Of a DNA stretch of 64,000 nucleotides, positions 27,675 to 41,709 are shown one piece after another. Position numbers and translations under genes: made by a program. Positions within the stretch are counted from its first letter, which is position 1. The number at the start of each line of letters is the position of its first letter. The notes below the pieces were generated by a model. The model was not told the origin of the DNA. It ran no database searches and was given only the letters and a program-made list of their open reading frames with translations. The DNA lies in NCBI RefSeq assembly GCF_006345805.1, contig NC_043008.1, positions 15,686,001-15,750,000 of the forward strand, written 5' to 3'. Source of the stretch: Octopus sinensis. Lineage: Eukaryota.

Positions 27675-27968
27675 ATTCTCAGCCCGATGGCTGGTGCCAA
27701 TCTGGGGTACCACCGTTTGCTTTGTCACACATTCACTAAACCTCATCTCATGTGAATGAGGATGATTGACGTTGCTGCTCTCATCTTTGTTTCTGACCTT
27801 GAGGTAATTTCATCCAGAATTCTTGACTAGAGACTAAGTTTTGTCCTGGTCTCACAGGTCTCGTGCGAGGATATTGCAGACCTGTGGTCCCTTGAAGCCC
27901 AAGCAGTTGCTATATCTGGTCATCTATCCTGATAGCCATGTATGGGTTTTGGGTTCGAGGCAGTGCCA
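27675..27968 (-). mobile_element. Degraded 3' fragment of the CR1-type LINE seen at 53270-54140
   Basis: Reverse complement aligns by eye with 53800-54110, including the GGTGGTACCCCAG..TGGC tail. Confidence 0.75.
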
Positions 27969-28679
27969 CCCCCACACATACGCACATATAAAACACGCAC
28001 ACACACACACACGTTCTTATTTACATATGTAACGAACACTGCTGGAGTTCAAAATTCACAACAGCTGTTTCGCCCCCTACACACTAATAGACCTAAATTT
28101 TACGGAACTTTTTTGTCCTCTTAATCCTTTCTGCCGAAAATCACATATTGATCGGTTGAAATAGTCTAATAGGCTAAGAATACATATGCATGTATGATAA
28201 ACATACTTATTCTTAGTCTATTGGATTATTTCAACCGATCAAAGTGTAATCTCTGTGTTGTTCTTTTTCATCCTCTGAAGATATTCCACCCAAACTATTT
28301 TGAAATGCAAGCTTAGATATTAAAAACTGAAACACATCAGTGACTTTTGGGACACACTCTATTATACATATATACATGTTATATTTTAAATAAAAAGTCA
28401 TTCCAACAAAACGCTATTCGTTTCCTTTGTTGTCTCATTAGAGTAGTATCTGGAAAGAAAGAATTACATTTTGCAAAGAAAGATAAATCAGATAAAAATA
28501 TGGTCGGATAAGTAGACAGACAAATAGAAGAGAGATGACAGGAGCATGCTGGATTTGTGATAATGGTAATTATAAGCGAAAATATGGGATTAATTAAGGT
28601 AATAATGATGGCAGTGGCGATAAACCTGGTGATATCACCTGCACAGGTGACAATCTGTTGGCACTGTTTTTGGGTGGCG

Positions 28680-28815
28680 GTGGTGGTGTGGATGGTGTGG
28701 ATGGTAGTGGTAACGTTGATGATGATAATGATGATGACGATGATGATGATGATGATGAACGTGATGATGACGGTGCTAAGGTGTCGGAATTGTGTTGATG
28801 ATAGTGAAGACGGTG

Positions 28816-28847
<32 letters not shown>

Positions 28848-29150
28848 GATGATGATGATAGTGGTGGTGGTGGTGGTGGTGATGGTGGTGATGATGGTGG
28901 TGGTAATCATGTTGAGGATGATAATCAGTATAACGGGGACAAACGAGGACGGTGGGTAGAGAGCGGATTATGTTTGTACCGTAGGCGTTGAGGATGAAGA
29001 GAATGAACAATGTTTGTGACGATGAAGTGGATGATAAAGATAACGATGATTATTTTCGTTGTATTAATGACGGAAGTGCTGTTGCTGTTGTTTTTGTTGC
29101 TAATGTTGTTGTTGGTTTTTGTTGGTGGTAGTAGTTGTGAAGAAGCAATA
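28680..29150. repeat. (GAT)n/(GGT)n/(GTT)n low-complexity tract
   Basis: Directly visible. Confidence 0.93.
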
Positions 29151-29455
29151 TGGTGGAAGAATAAATATGGCGGAAGAGATGTTTTTACACCTTGGTCCTA
29201 TCGGTGGTGGACTTGGTTGTGATAGTTATGATTTCATCAGGCCACCGATTTAGAATAATAAAAGGTATAAGCATTAAAAACCAGAGATATGCACACTTAG
29301 TTAAGCAACACTTACGGAGTCATACACACCAATACGCTCACGTAAACACACCAACACACAGATGCATGCAAACACGCAGGCTCCACCAGGTTCACATACA
29401 CACACACGTTCAGTTGTAATTTCAGGGAAGTGTGTATATAGCCATACACATATAC

Positions 29456-29897
29456 GCGCAGGAGTGGCTGTGTGGTGAGAAGCTTGCTTACCAACCACAT
29501 GGTTCCGGGTTCATTCCTAAGGCGTGCCCCTTGGGAAAGTGTCTTCTACTATAGCCTCGGGCCGACTAAAGCCTTGTGAGTGGATTTGGTAGACGGAAAC
29601 TGACAGAAGCCTGTCCTATATATGGAAATATATATGTGTATGTGTGTGTGTGTTTATGTGTTTTGTTTGTCCCTCCAACATCGCTTCACAATAGATGGTG
29701 GTGTGTTTACGTCCCCGTAGCTAAGCGGTTCAGCAAAAGAGGGCGATAGAATAAGTAACCTAGCGGTTCGGTAAAAGGGACCAATAGAATAAGTACTAGG
29801 CTTACAAAGAATAAGTCCTGGGATCGGTTTGCTCCACTTAAGGCGATTCTCCAGCATGGCCACTCTCAATAACTGAAAGAAATAAAAGAGTAAAAGC
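29456..29897 (+). mobile_element. SINE family A with an internal duplication of about 38 bp
   Basis: TAGCGGTTC..CAAAAG...ATAGAATAAGTA appears twice at about 29720-29800. Confidence 0.87.
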
Positions 29898-30419
29898 GTA
29901 TATACACACAAACGTACGAACAAACAAGTATACATGCAACCATATAAGTACAAACATACGTACATATTTTTAAAAATCGTATATGTATTTTTGGACACAA
30001 TTCTTGAATTACGGCTTTTTTTACAATCATTTTAATTTAGCGCAAAGGTTTTTGTAACAGTGAGCATTAAAAAAAAATTATATATAGTTTCTCCAAGACG
30101 GAATTATCTACATTGCAATTTTACCTATTTAGAAAACTGTATTATTTGGGAGATTGTCAAAGTCTATTTATACGATATCGGTATTCAATTGCAAGCTTCC
30201 TATTACAATGTTACTAATTTTAACGTTAAGGCGTTTTCATTTGAGTAGACAACCCGAAGGAAATACATATCAAATATTATTTTGTAAAACCCAAGACTCT
30301 TTAGACCCAGTGTACTATAGTTACTGCACAAAATAGAATTCTGTAACCTGCTTTTCTCCTTCTGTCAGGAATTAAAGCATGCTTCTACTCCTACATATCA
30401 TATAAATATATAAATATAC

Positions 30420-30812
30420 CTAGGAGTGGTTCTATGGTAAGTACCTTGCTTGCGAGCCGCATGGTACCGGGTTCAGTCCCACTGCGTGACATCGTGGGCA
30501 AGTGTCTTCTACCATAGCCTCGGGCCGACCAAAGCCTTGTGAGTGGATTTGGTAGACGGAAACTGAAAGAAGCCCATCATATATATGTATATGTGTGTGT
30601 ATATATGTATGTGTGTGTGTGTGTTTGGGTGTCTGTGTTTGTCCTGTCAACATCGCTTGACAACCGATGCTGGTGTGTTTACGTCCCAAAATTAACCGAT
30701 AGAATAAATACTAGGCTTACAAAGAATAAGTCTTGGGGTCGATTTGTTCGACTAAAGGCGTTGCTCCAGCATGGCCACAGCCAAATGATTGAAACAAGTA
30801 AAAGTAAAAGTA
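30420..30812 (+). mobile_element. SINE family A
   Basis: Matches family A. Confidence 0.88.
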
Positions 30813-30954
30813 ATATTTATATGTACATATACACATATGTGCAAGTGCATAAAATCATTTGTGTATATACGCAACGAGTGTGTGTCTATAGACACACGCA
30901 CACACACACACAGATAAACATGAGTGATTTGTGTGTATACATGTGTGTATATAT

Positions 30955-32260
30955 ACACGGTGACCACAAAAACACTTCCAGATTTCACGATGTTATATTT
31001 AAATTCAAATATATTGATGAACATGTGAAACGATATTCTAACAGCAGTTATTTCATTTTTTCAGGTGGCTAAACATCTTTGACCTTAAATCCACAGGTGT
31101 GCAAGGAAGTCTAAAAATGGGCGCTACCCCACAGCAATGCAGCTGGTGTCTAGTGGAATTTGTTAGATCAAACAACATTGTGGACGTGCAACGTTCTTTC
31201 AGACTCAGATATCATACGATTCCACCGACACTCAAGTCCATTCGGAAATGGTACAACGATTTTAATAAGAAAGGGTGTAGTTGTGATAAGAGAAAGGGGC
31301 ATTCTGGCCGACCATCAGTCTCACAGGAATTTATTAATCGAGTTAGAATAAAAGTCGTGCATAGCCTCAAAAGGTCAATACGAAGCGCTAGCCGAGAGTT
31401 TCAACTCCCCCAAAGCACAGTTCCCAAGGTCCAACACAAACACCTAAAGTTTGTCCCTTAAAAGCTGCAGTTAGTCTAAAACTCCACCCAAAAGATAATG
31501 GAATGCGATTTGAATTTTGTGAGAATATCCAGAAGTTAATGGAAGATAATGATAACCTGCTGTCAAAAATCATTTACAGTGATAAGGCAATATTTCACTT
31601 GAACGGTAAAGTCAATAGGATTAACGTGCGTATATGGGGGCTTTGATATCCCCATGCTACCCAGGAAATTGAGCGAGACTCACCAAAAGTTAACGTGCTT
31701 TGTGCGGTATCAGAGAGGACGGTGTATAACCCCTTTCTTCTTTGAGGGAGGGACTGATACTGGTCAGTGTTAACTAGAGATGCTGACCGATTCGATGTTT
31801 CCTCGACTAGCTGCTGAGGACGATGACTACTTTTTCCAGCATGATGGTGCTCCACCGCACTGGGATCTCGCAGTCATGATATTTCTCACAGTCAGGAGAT
31901 TTCTCACTGAGCACTTGTCAAACAGACGAATTGGTCGTGCTGGACGGACGTGATGATCAGGTGTTCTGCAAGTGGCCTGCGAGGTCACCGGATCTAACTG
32001 GTTGTGACTTTTTTCTTTGGGGGTACGTGAAGTGCACAGTTTACGTACCACGGTAACATGCAACCGAGGAGGAGCTGAACATTTCGATCACTGAAGCAGT
32101 TAGCACGGTAACCTCAGATACATTGCTGAGTGTCTGGAACGAACTGGACTATCGCATCGATGTTTTCCGAGCAACCAGGGAGGCGCACATTGGGTGCCTT
32201 TAATGCTACCCTATACGACATGAACCGGAATGAAATTGTGCATCTGAAGTTACTAACTGT
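30955..32260 (+). mobile_element. Near full-length degraded Tc1/mariner transposon (DD37D/DD41D group); transposase pseudogene 31117-32203
   Basis: SDKAIFH (31578), FQHDGAPPHW (31834) and WPARSPDLTGCDFFLWGYVK (31974); stops and frameshifts; only the left terminus (TACACGGTGACCAC) is recognisable. Confidence 0.9.
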
Positions 32261-32309
32261 GAAAGCTTATTACAATACATTTATATATTATATCTGTTTA
32301 AAATCAGTA

Positions 32310-32340
<31 letters not shown>

Positions 32341-33299
32341 ATGTATACATTTATATATATATATATATATTATATATATATATATAAAAGGAAATGAAGA
32401 GAATGCTGACAAAATAATTTAAGTAATTTAAGTAATTTAATTAGGTGGAAGTTCTTTTTACCGGTTGCGCATTTGTTATGATTATCAAAAGAAATTTTTT
32501 AAAGAGAGATAGAGTTCCTTTTCTCTGATGATCCAGTTATAGCTTTGTAGCTTAACAGAATATTCCCAACAATAGAAAGTTTGCTATAAAACACATCTAA
32601 AGTATCAAAACGCACCGATATTTTGAGAACTAATTTCGTAGTCTTTTCGAAATAATCATGTTAACAGACCCCTAGAAACGAAACAGCCAAGTGCATTTCT
32701 CCATTCACAGTAATTATACAATATAGCCCACAACTCTCTGAAGTATATATTGTACATAATTGCATATAGATATCATAAGCAAATAGATGGCGTCACCTTA
32801 TAGAATTGAGTCGTAATACAGTTCTTTCATTTCAGTTAGTAAGTGCAAAGATAACGGGAATGAGGTGCAATAAATGAAATCTACTTCAGCCTTTTTGATG
32901 TGTTTCTCAGCGCGACAGCCATTGCATTGTTATAGCTCATGAAATAAGCTGCATGTTTTACTTCGTATTTATTTTACCATCTTTGAAATGATAGAAAAGC
33001 AAAGACTATCTCTCTTAGTTTCAATTAAATTCTTTCATGTAATTTCTTCTTGTATTTAGGTACTTCAGCATGACGATAGCTTTCTTTCGGGTGAAAAAAA
33101 AAAAAGAAGAAGCAAATATCAAAACTATGAAGTACGCTTTGAGCCCAAATAAACATGTATGTAATTAGTTATCGGAGCGATAATGGAGAAGAAGAGAGGG
33201 AGAGAGTGTGAAAGGGAGAGTGTGGAGAGGAGAAAAATTAGGAAAAATAGACAAAGGAGGGAAACATAAAGGCAAAAGAGAATAGGATTTTTTTAGTAA

Positions 33300-33400
33300 T
33301 ATATATATATATATATATATATAATAGAAATATTAAAATTACTAAGTCTCTCTAAGGGAGATAACGGCAGCGTTACTGGATATTAATAGTTATCACCATA

Positions 33401-33481
<81 letters not shown>

Positions 33482-33511
33482 CATATATATATATACATAT
33501 ATGTATACATT

Positions 33512-33544
<33 letters not shown>

Positions 33545-33602
33545 GCATACATATATATATGTATATATATATATATACATATATATATGTATATATAGAT
33601 AT

Positions 33603-33662
<60 letters not shown>

Positions 33663-33670
33663 GTGTATGT
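33300..33670. repeat. (TA)n-rich microsatellite block
   Basis: Directly visible. Confidence 0.9.
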
Positions 33671-34213
33671 ATTTTATTAATATCTAGAAGAAGTAACAGA
33701 GGACTCAATGTCCAAGAACTTTGTGCGTTGGCACTTATCATATGTGTATGCGTGTGAGTATGTATGTATATATGTCTGTATATGTGTGTGTGTGCATATA
33801 TATAAATTAAGCAGAAAATGGAGAAAACCTTTGATCAACAAACATCTGTTATTTTTTTATTAATACAAAACTTTAACATTGCCCTATCTGCTATCTATGT
33901 CACTCGGTGCTTCCAAAGAGAATTATGAGAATAATTATGAGAATAATATTAATTTTTGTAGCACCTTCGATGCGGTACATGGAGCTTCATGAGAGTGAAT
34001 ACAAATATATAAAATAAAAGACGAGAAGAGGAAAGAATAAGGCCTCCAGATGAAGAAAGATGGCTTAATAAATTAGGGTCGTACCATTTTGCAGTGTAAA
34101 GCTTGAAGTCGATGAGCGGATGAATTAACTAGAAAAATAGTTGGTGGGTTCATCTTTCTTTAGGAGAACTAGGGCTGCTCATCGACTAACACTAAAACTA
34201 ACTTATATTTAAG

Positions 34214-34428
34214 AAGGCGGCGAGCTGGCAGAAACGTTAGCACGCCGGGCGAAATGCGTAGCCGTATTTTGTCTGCCGTTACGTTCTGAGTTCAAATTCC
34301 GCCGAGGTCGACTTTGCCTTTCATCCTTTCGGGGTCGATAAATTAAGGACCAGTTACGCATTGGGGCCGATGTAGTCGACTTAATCACTTCGTCTGTCCT
34401 TGTTTGTCCCGTCTATGTCTAGCCCCTT
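34214..34428 (+). mobile_element. SINE family B monomer
   Basis: Near-consensus head and body. Confidence 0.9.
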
Positions 34429-35439
34429 GCAACCTAAAACGATCTTTCCCTTGTGACACGAACCTACATATGCATAAATACACACACACACACACACACA
34501 TCTATAATAATTATGATAGCCATAATGAGTTGATATGGATGTTAGCCCTCCAATTACTCTATTGAAAATAATGAGATTGGTGCACTCTAAACGAATCCCA
34601 ATGAAATAATTATAATGTGTATGATTGCGAATGATGTCATTGCAGCATACATTGTTTGAACAGAAAACAAGTGCATCAACTCATTTTTAATTATTAAAGG
34701 ATTTTTCATTCATTTTGTTTATAATTATTGTTTTCCAGGAACAAATATTATGGGGATATCTTGATGCGATGATACAAAATAAATAAATAAAATAGAAAGA
34801 TATCTAAAAATAAAATAAACGAAATTATTGGAAATATACAGGATATAACCGATAAATGAAAATGTTATAATAATGGTAGCATGATGCGTGGGCAACAATT
34901 CGTTATAATAAACAAAATGGATATTGTAACACTTCCTAGACAACAACGAAACAATTGTCTCAGATTCTTGCTGGGAAACATTACACAGGGGTAAAAATTT
35001 GCCCATAATTTCTGTTAAGTTTGCTGTTTTTTTTTTCTTGATTTTGACTAATGTCAGCATACTGATTTGAAAACTTACAGTTCGTTTTCTTCTACTACGT
35101 TAAATCATATTTTTTTCTACTTACTCAGTGACTAAGCACAATTGTTTGTAATAGCCCAGGGAACACTATCGTTAAAAAAAAACTTTCAGTTGTCTCGCAA
35201 TTTACTATTAGTGTAACCTTATGCAATGCTCCTGCGTTCAGAAATACCCTCAGCAATTTTATACCATGTACATTTTTTTGTTAAACAGGAATTTTTGTTT
35301 TCGCTTTTTTTATTTTCAATAGCAAATAAAATTTTGCTATTAAATGCCATACTGAAATAAGAAACTAATACAAACCAAACTATTTATTGTTTAACAAATA
35401 TATTAAGCAAAATGTTTATTTACTCACCTTAGAGTAGGT

Positions 35440-36110
35440 CTTTCTTTCAAACTAGTGTTTCAACTACTGAAGGAATGAACTTTGTTTTTGCTGCTTTGTG
35501 TAAATAACTTACATCACGACAGTCTCTTTGCAGCGACCAGCAGCAATCAGCCATCATCTTTGCATTCCACCTGTCTTGATATCTAGTCTCCACAGTTTTG
35601 ATGCCTTATTAGAATCTCTCTCTTTACCTATTACCTATTGCACTAGGATTTTCAGGAAACTGGTCGAGATGACAGTGCAGTAGTAAATGCATTTTAAACC
35701 TGATGTTGCAGCCCAGTCCTCGAAAACTGCTTAATGAGGCCTGAACACATTCTTCAAAATTTGATGATTTCTTATTTCACAAGCGATCAGACATAATTGT
35801 AGCAAACGTACTCCATGTTCCTTTTCCAACGCCAGACATCATCTCCAAAATCTGCTGGTCCTTCAATAACCACCTACTTTGTGGCCCGTCAAACACACCA
35901 CACTTAATTTTCTCACAAGTCAAAGATAGGGACATTCTGCTTAAATATTTCAAACGGTCACAGTCGTAGTGTTTCAACACGTTTTACACACTATATGGGG
36001 TGCGCAGGCTTGTTTTCATCACAGGGTTTCTTGCCAGAATATGTAAAGCTTTCTTCAACAAATCCGTGATTCTGTTTCGCTGTTCAGGTAAAGAGTAACG
36101 TCCTCAAATA
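35440..36110 (-). mobile_element. DNA transposase C-terminal remnant, Chapaev3-like (CMC superfamily, tentative)
   Basis: KIKCGVFDGPQ...LGCNI.FKMH.LH.HLDQFPEN...ERF..GIKT.ETRYQ.RW...MMADCCWSL motifs. Confidence 0.7.
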
Positions 36111-36676
36111 TAGCAGAAGACATCGTGGCTGATTTTTGCACTTTTTTTTTCTCAAAGCAGGCCATGTGTCTGACACATACAAAACATATTTAAGCCAATT
36201 GTCAGCTGGGAAAAGCATTTTCGGAATTGTCAAATTTCGTAAAGTAAACAAATGCAGATTTTTAATGCTAAAATTTCATAAACAGAATCTACATCATAAA
36301 GTTCTTTCTATAGTTCTTTGACCATGCTTGACATATTCAAAGATGGCTGAATTCGAGATTTTTTGATTTCATACTTTCGTTTTATTTGTACACGTATGTT
36401 TCTTCAAAAACGTTATGCGAATTACATAGCAATAGTAATGTTATGTAGGGGATTCTTAAATGTAAGGAAAGTAATTCTCCGCCTATTTCCTGTTGCGTTC
36501 TCTATGACTGTGAGAAAAGAATAAAGCTTATGGATATATTAATGCATAAGTGACGATCTAGAAAGGAAGAAAGTTTTAAGACCAACACTGAATTCTGATG
36601 CTCTTTACATGTAGGCATGTATAACTCCAAGAGATCTTTGATAACGCCCAAGAAATTTATATATATTTTAAAGACC

Positions 36677-36837
36677 TAGGCGCAGACGTGGCTATATTAT
36701 AAGGAAATTGATTTTCAATCATATGATTCCGGGTTCAGTATTACTGCTTGGCACCTAGGGCAAGTGCATTCTACTATAGCATCAGGCCAACCAAAGACTT
36801 GTGAGTGGATTTCGTAGACAGAAAATGAAAGACTGTC

Positions 36838-36927
<90 letters not shown>

Positions 36928-37405
36928 TAGATATAGATATAGATATATACATACATATATATCCATATATATATATACATATATATACATATATATATAC
37001 ATATATACACACATACATACATACACATATATACATATATATACAGATATATACATATATACATACATACGTACACATATATACATATATACATACATAT
37101 ATATATATATATATATATTTGTGTGTGTGTATGTTTGTGTCTGTTTTATTTTATTTTATTTGTACACGTACGTTCATGTTCTTTCAAAAACGTTATGCGA
37201 ATTGCATACCAATAGTAACGTTATGTAGGGGATTTCTAAACACACCGGTGTTGGTGTGTTTATGTCTCACGTAACGTAGCGGCTCTGCAAAAAGAGCGAT
37301 AGTAGATATACCATACGTTAAACGACTATGTACTAGGGTTGATTCAACCGAATAAAAATTCTCCATGTTATTGCTGTAGCATGGCCACAGCCTAATGATT
37401 AAAAC
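36677..37405 (+). mobile_element. SINE family A, diverged, carrying a captured copy of upstream flank
   Basis: Family A head, body and tail; 37154-37240 duplicates 36380-36460. Confidence 0.8.
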
Positions 37406-38398
37406 AAATAAAAGATACTCGGCAAAAGATTTATGAAGGATTATACATATATGTTATTGATTATCCCTTCGCGTGCAGATGTGCCTGTCAACATACGCAT
37501 ACATGTAATTTAAAAGAAAACTAATATTTTGATCACGATTAAAGAGTAAAACAGAAACACGTCTAATATAATTTTCCAAATATTATATAATAAATATTTA
37601 TACAAATTTAATTATTGCTGAAAAGTGTTAAACTTTACACATTTCGTAAAGTGTTTACCCACGCCATAAAGTTAAATTAACATAGAATAGAAAATTTACC
37701 TTTCTTAATATTATGTAGGCGATTTAAATTCTCATTAAGTGTATAACGAACCAGTTAAATGGATGCAATAAAAATACTACTGCTAATGTCAAGAAGTCAA
37801 TTGTGTTAATAAAGAAAATATAATGGTTGATGCTTTAAACGTTAAGCGAAGCCAAATTTAAGTATGTGCTAAGAATACGTGTCAATTGAATTAGCAAATA
37901 CAAAATGAGAAAGCAACAATATTAGATTGTGATGTTTAAAGAAACGAGATACGAACTAATGATTTTTAAATCTGTAAGGTCGTAAATGCTTGGAGAGCGT
38001 AGAGTCGATTAATGTAGTGGTTATATATGTGGTACTTATTTTGTTTATATCTAAGCGAAAAATATCATCGTTCATTAGAGAAAATTTATACTATCGCAAG
38101 GTGCATTAATTAATTAAGTCCACTTGATTTATTAATTCTAGTTACAGAATATAAATGTTTACTGAGTATGAAGTGCAATTACATTGAGAGGACCTTCAAC
38201 ACCAAATTGAGTTCTTTGTGTTTATTCCAAATATGTTTTATATGCGGATAAATTGCGTCGTACTCATGTTCATTGTGGTAGTTCTGATTATGAATTATTA
38301 CGGTGTATGTTGCGAATTCCATCACAATATAATCGTATTCACACTCCATCAGTTATACGCTCATACACACACACACACACAAACACACACAGACACAG

Positions 38399-38470
<72 letters not shown>

Positions 38471-38720
38471 GGGCTTGTATGATTGTGCATAGAGGGATAT
38501 ATATTATTCAAAGACATTCCAACTCATTTATATTCTTTATAATATGAATGTAGAATATAGAATATATAGTATAAATAATATATATATTGTAAAATGAAAT
38601 GAAGTATTGATTGTCTTATTGAATAGATGAAATGTTGAATATCAAATATTAAGGGACTAGTATACTTTCTTGCATTAAAGCAGTCTTCAAGGTTCCAGGT
38701 AGTATATATATATATATATA

Positions 38721-40130
38721 CATACTAGCCTCAGTACCCTGCGCTTCAGGGAAGCTTAAAGAATGTTAAAGGAAATAAATATATTTATTTTGGTAAAAAA
38801 GATATTTTGAAAAAAATTCTATCAGATGACGTGAGTATAAAGAAAGTTATTTTAAAAACCCTGAAACCAATCACAGTTAAATGTTGTAGAACTTCTAAAT
38901 ATACAATGATGTCAGTGTGGCCTCTAATTGGTGTACAAAGCAAAGGAGTTTGGGGGCTTACAACCCACGTATATCCCGAATATAAGAGAAGCAAGTAGAA
39001 GCAAAGTTAAGTCCAAGAAGGTTGAGATATTGTGCTTAACATTTGTTTATGGACATATCAAAATTGGAGCCGTTTAAATTCATAGGGGAAGTCAGATGGG
39101 ATTAATGGGATGCAGCAATGAAGACATTGCCACCCTTATGTTTCCCAAGAGAAATGAATTTTGGTGTTAAGGACTAAACCTCTTGTTTCATTACCTCAGT
39201 TAAAAAGCGTTTATCTTTATTTAAAAAAAAGAGGTGGGGTCGTAGATGTATGAGGGAAAATTATTCAATATCGTGTTTGTTTCTCTCAGAATCGTTTACC
39301 TTAAAGGGAAAAGTATACTACAGGTATGTAAAACATATTTCAGTTTTTGAAAACAAAGGTAAAAAGTTACTCAGCCCCCCCCCCCTTTAAAACTTACCCC
39401 GAGTAATGAAATACCTTCAGGCCAAGTGCCAAGTTTGGTACAGATTGATCCAACGCTTTGGCCATGCAGAACAATAGGCCGTATGGCTAGCGGGGTGGCG
39501 GAATTGTAAATTAGATTTCGAATCTGAAGTGGAACCAATATCCAGGTAGAAATAGTAACATCGGATTTAAATATGAAATATCGAGTGTACTCTAGTAAAT
39601 TTTATTAGGTCCATTCCAGGAACAGTTATTTGAATAACTTATGTCAATATCTCTAACTTATTTCGCGGGATTATTGAACTTTAAAATTAATGAGGTTTAT
39701 CGTATAAACTGAAAGATATCCTACAATGTACAAGCGTGTGTCCGTATGAATACCAGAGGGCGCACACTCTCCTACCCTGATGTAATCTCCAGGGATACAG
39801 GCATCCAACAACAGGACCTCCGTAATGCCATGATGGACCGTGAAGTCTGGCGTAGCATGGTAAATTCCATTGTCTCGACCACGGTCGAACAATGATGATG
39901 ATGATGAATACCTTTCGTTATTTAGAAACATTGCAGTTTCTTTTTTTCTCTATAAACCTCTTGTTTCATTATCACAATTTAAAACCGTTTCAGAATCCTG
40001 TACCTTTAAGGCGAAAAAACAAAACCGACGTAATTTCCAAACAGCCAAATTTCGAACAGATTGATCCAGCGGTTTGGCAGACAGACAGTAAGAATAAAAG
40101 CTATAGCGTTATGAAAAGTAACACTCTTAT
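38721..40130 (+). mobile_element. Helentron/HINE-like non-autonomous element(s), fragmented
   Basis: Starts ATACTAGC..GTACCCTGCGCTTC; recurring CCAA(G/A)TTT..ACAGATTGATCCA.CG.TTTGGC motif (about 39430, 40050, 41900); 39620-39710 is repeated at 40175-40255. Confidence 0.35.
39755..39903 (+). mobile_element. RTE-type LINE extreme 3' end with (GAT)n tail and 9-bp TSD
   Basis: GRTLSYPDVISRDTG..QDLRNAMMDREVWRSMV; TSD ATGAATACC at 39746-39754 and 39904-39912. Confidence 0.85.
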
Positions 40131-40254
40131 ACCTGCAGAAAAATAAATCGGGAGGGTTTACATGGAGTCTACGAACAATTATTTGAATAACTCATGTCGA
40201 TGTCTCTAACTTATGTCACGGGAATAATGAACTTGAAAATTTATAGAGCTTATC

Positions 40255-40855
40255 TCTTTCTTTACTACCCACAAGGGGCTAAACACAGAGAGGACAAACA
40301 ATGACAGACAAACAGATTGAGTGGATTATATCGACCCCAGTACGTAACTGGTACTTATTTAATCGACCCCGAAAGGATGAAAGGCAAAGTCGACCTCGGC
40401 GGAATTTGAACTCAGAACGTAGCGGCAGACGAAATACATATTTCTTTATTACCCACAAGGGGCTAAACACAGAGAGGACAAACACGGATAGACAAACGGA
40501 TTAAGTCGATTATATCGACCCCAGTGCTTAACTGGTACTTATTTAATCGACCCCGAAAGGATGAAAGGCAAAGTCGACCTCGGCGGAATTTGAACTCAGA
40601 ACGTAGCGGCAGACGAAATACCTATTTCTTTATTACCCACAAGGGGCTAAACATAGAGGAAACAAACAATGACAGACAAACAGATTAAGTCGATTATATC
40701 GACCCCAGTGCTTAACTGGTACTTATTTAATCGACCCCGAAAGGATCAAAGGCAAAGTCGACCTCGGCGGAATTTGAACTCAAAACATAGCGGCAGACGA
40801 AATACCGATAAGCATTTCGCCCGGCGTGTTAACGATTCTGCCAGCTCGCCGCCTT
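40255..40855 (-). mobile_element. SINE family B trimer (one head plus three units of about 184 bp), flanked by TSD
   Basis: TSD AGAGCTTATC at 40245-40254 and 40856-40865; unit junctions at 40437/40438 and 40621/40622. Confidence 0.93.
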
Positions 40856-41067
40856 AGAGCTTATCGGTGATCTTTCGTTTTAGCTCGAAGGTGTGTGCAC
40901 GCAGTTCAGCTGTTACATTACGGTGCTCCGTAAATTCCGTAAAAGATTTTGTTTATTTTTCTGAGTGGAAATATTTATTTGAAATCAGCATAAAGTGAAA
41001 GAGAGAAGAAATTGACATGGACGTGTGTATGTATTAATGAGAGGGGGTGCTAGACAGAAAGTGTTTA

Positions 41068-41121
<54 letters not shown>

Positions 41122-41460
41122 CGTTAATTTTACTTAGCTACATATACATAGATGCAAAAAATATGTCATGAGAACACACACCTTTAATCACTCACTGACT
41201 CTCTCTACCTCACAGGCACACATAAAAAAACATGTATGTATATGTATTTAAGTATGAACGTGTATATGACAGATAATGGGTCTACATATGTGTTTGCGCG
41301 CGTGTGTGACTGACCCTAGCCATTTTAGACATACATGACAACACGCCTCTCTCTCTCTCTCTCTCAATCAATTAATTACTCACACACTAACTAAAAAATT
41401 GCGAAAAAACTAAATAAATAAATAAAATTTACGCTATCACTCTCTCCCTCTCACTCTCTC

Positions 41461-41540
41461 TCACACATACACTGAACAAGGCATATTCTCTTTCTATCTC
41501 TCACACATACACTGAACAAGGCATATTCTCTTTCTATCTC
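41461..41540. repeat. Perfect 40-bp tandem duplication
   Basis: TCACACATACACTGAACAAGGCATATTCTCTTTCTATCTC occurs twice. Confidence 0.95.
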
Positions 41541-41669
41541 TCTCTCTCGCTCTCTCTTCCCCTCTCTCTTTCTCTCTGACAACACCTCTCTCTGTCTCTC
41601 AGTCAAACACAGAATAAAAGATGCGAGAAAAAGTGAATAAATAAAATTTACGCGATCACGTTCTTTCTT

Positions 41670-41709
<40 letters not shown>

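Noticed and set aside
28557-29010. Poly-Asp/Gly and poly-His/Ser ORFs
   Set aside because: (GAT)n/(GGT)n low complexity with no splice or homology support
40255-40855. Repeat array as CRISPR or satellite
   Set aside because: Units are SINE-derived, have no unique spacers, and lie within one TSD; eukaryotic context
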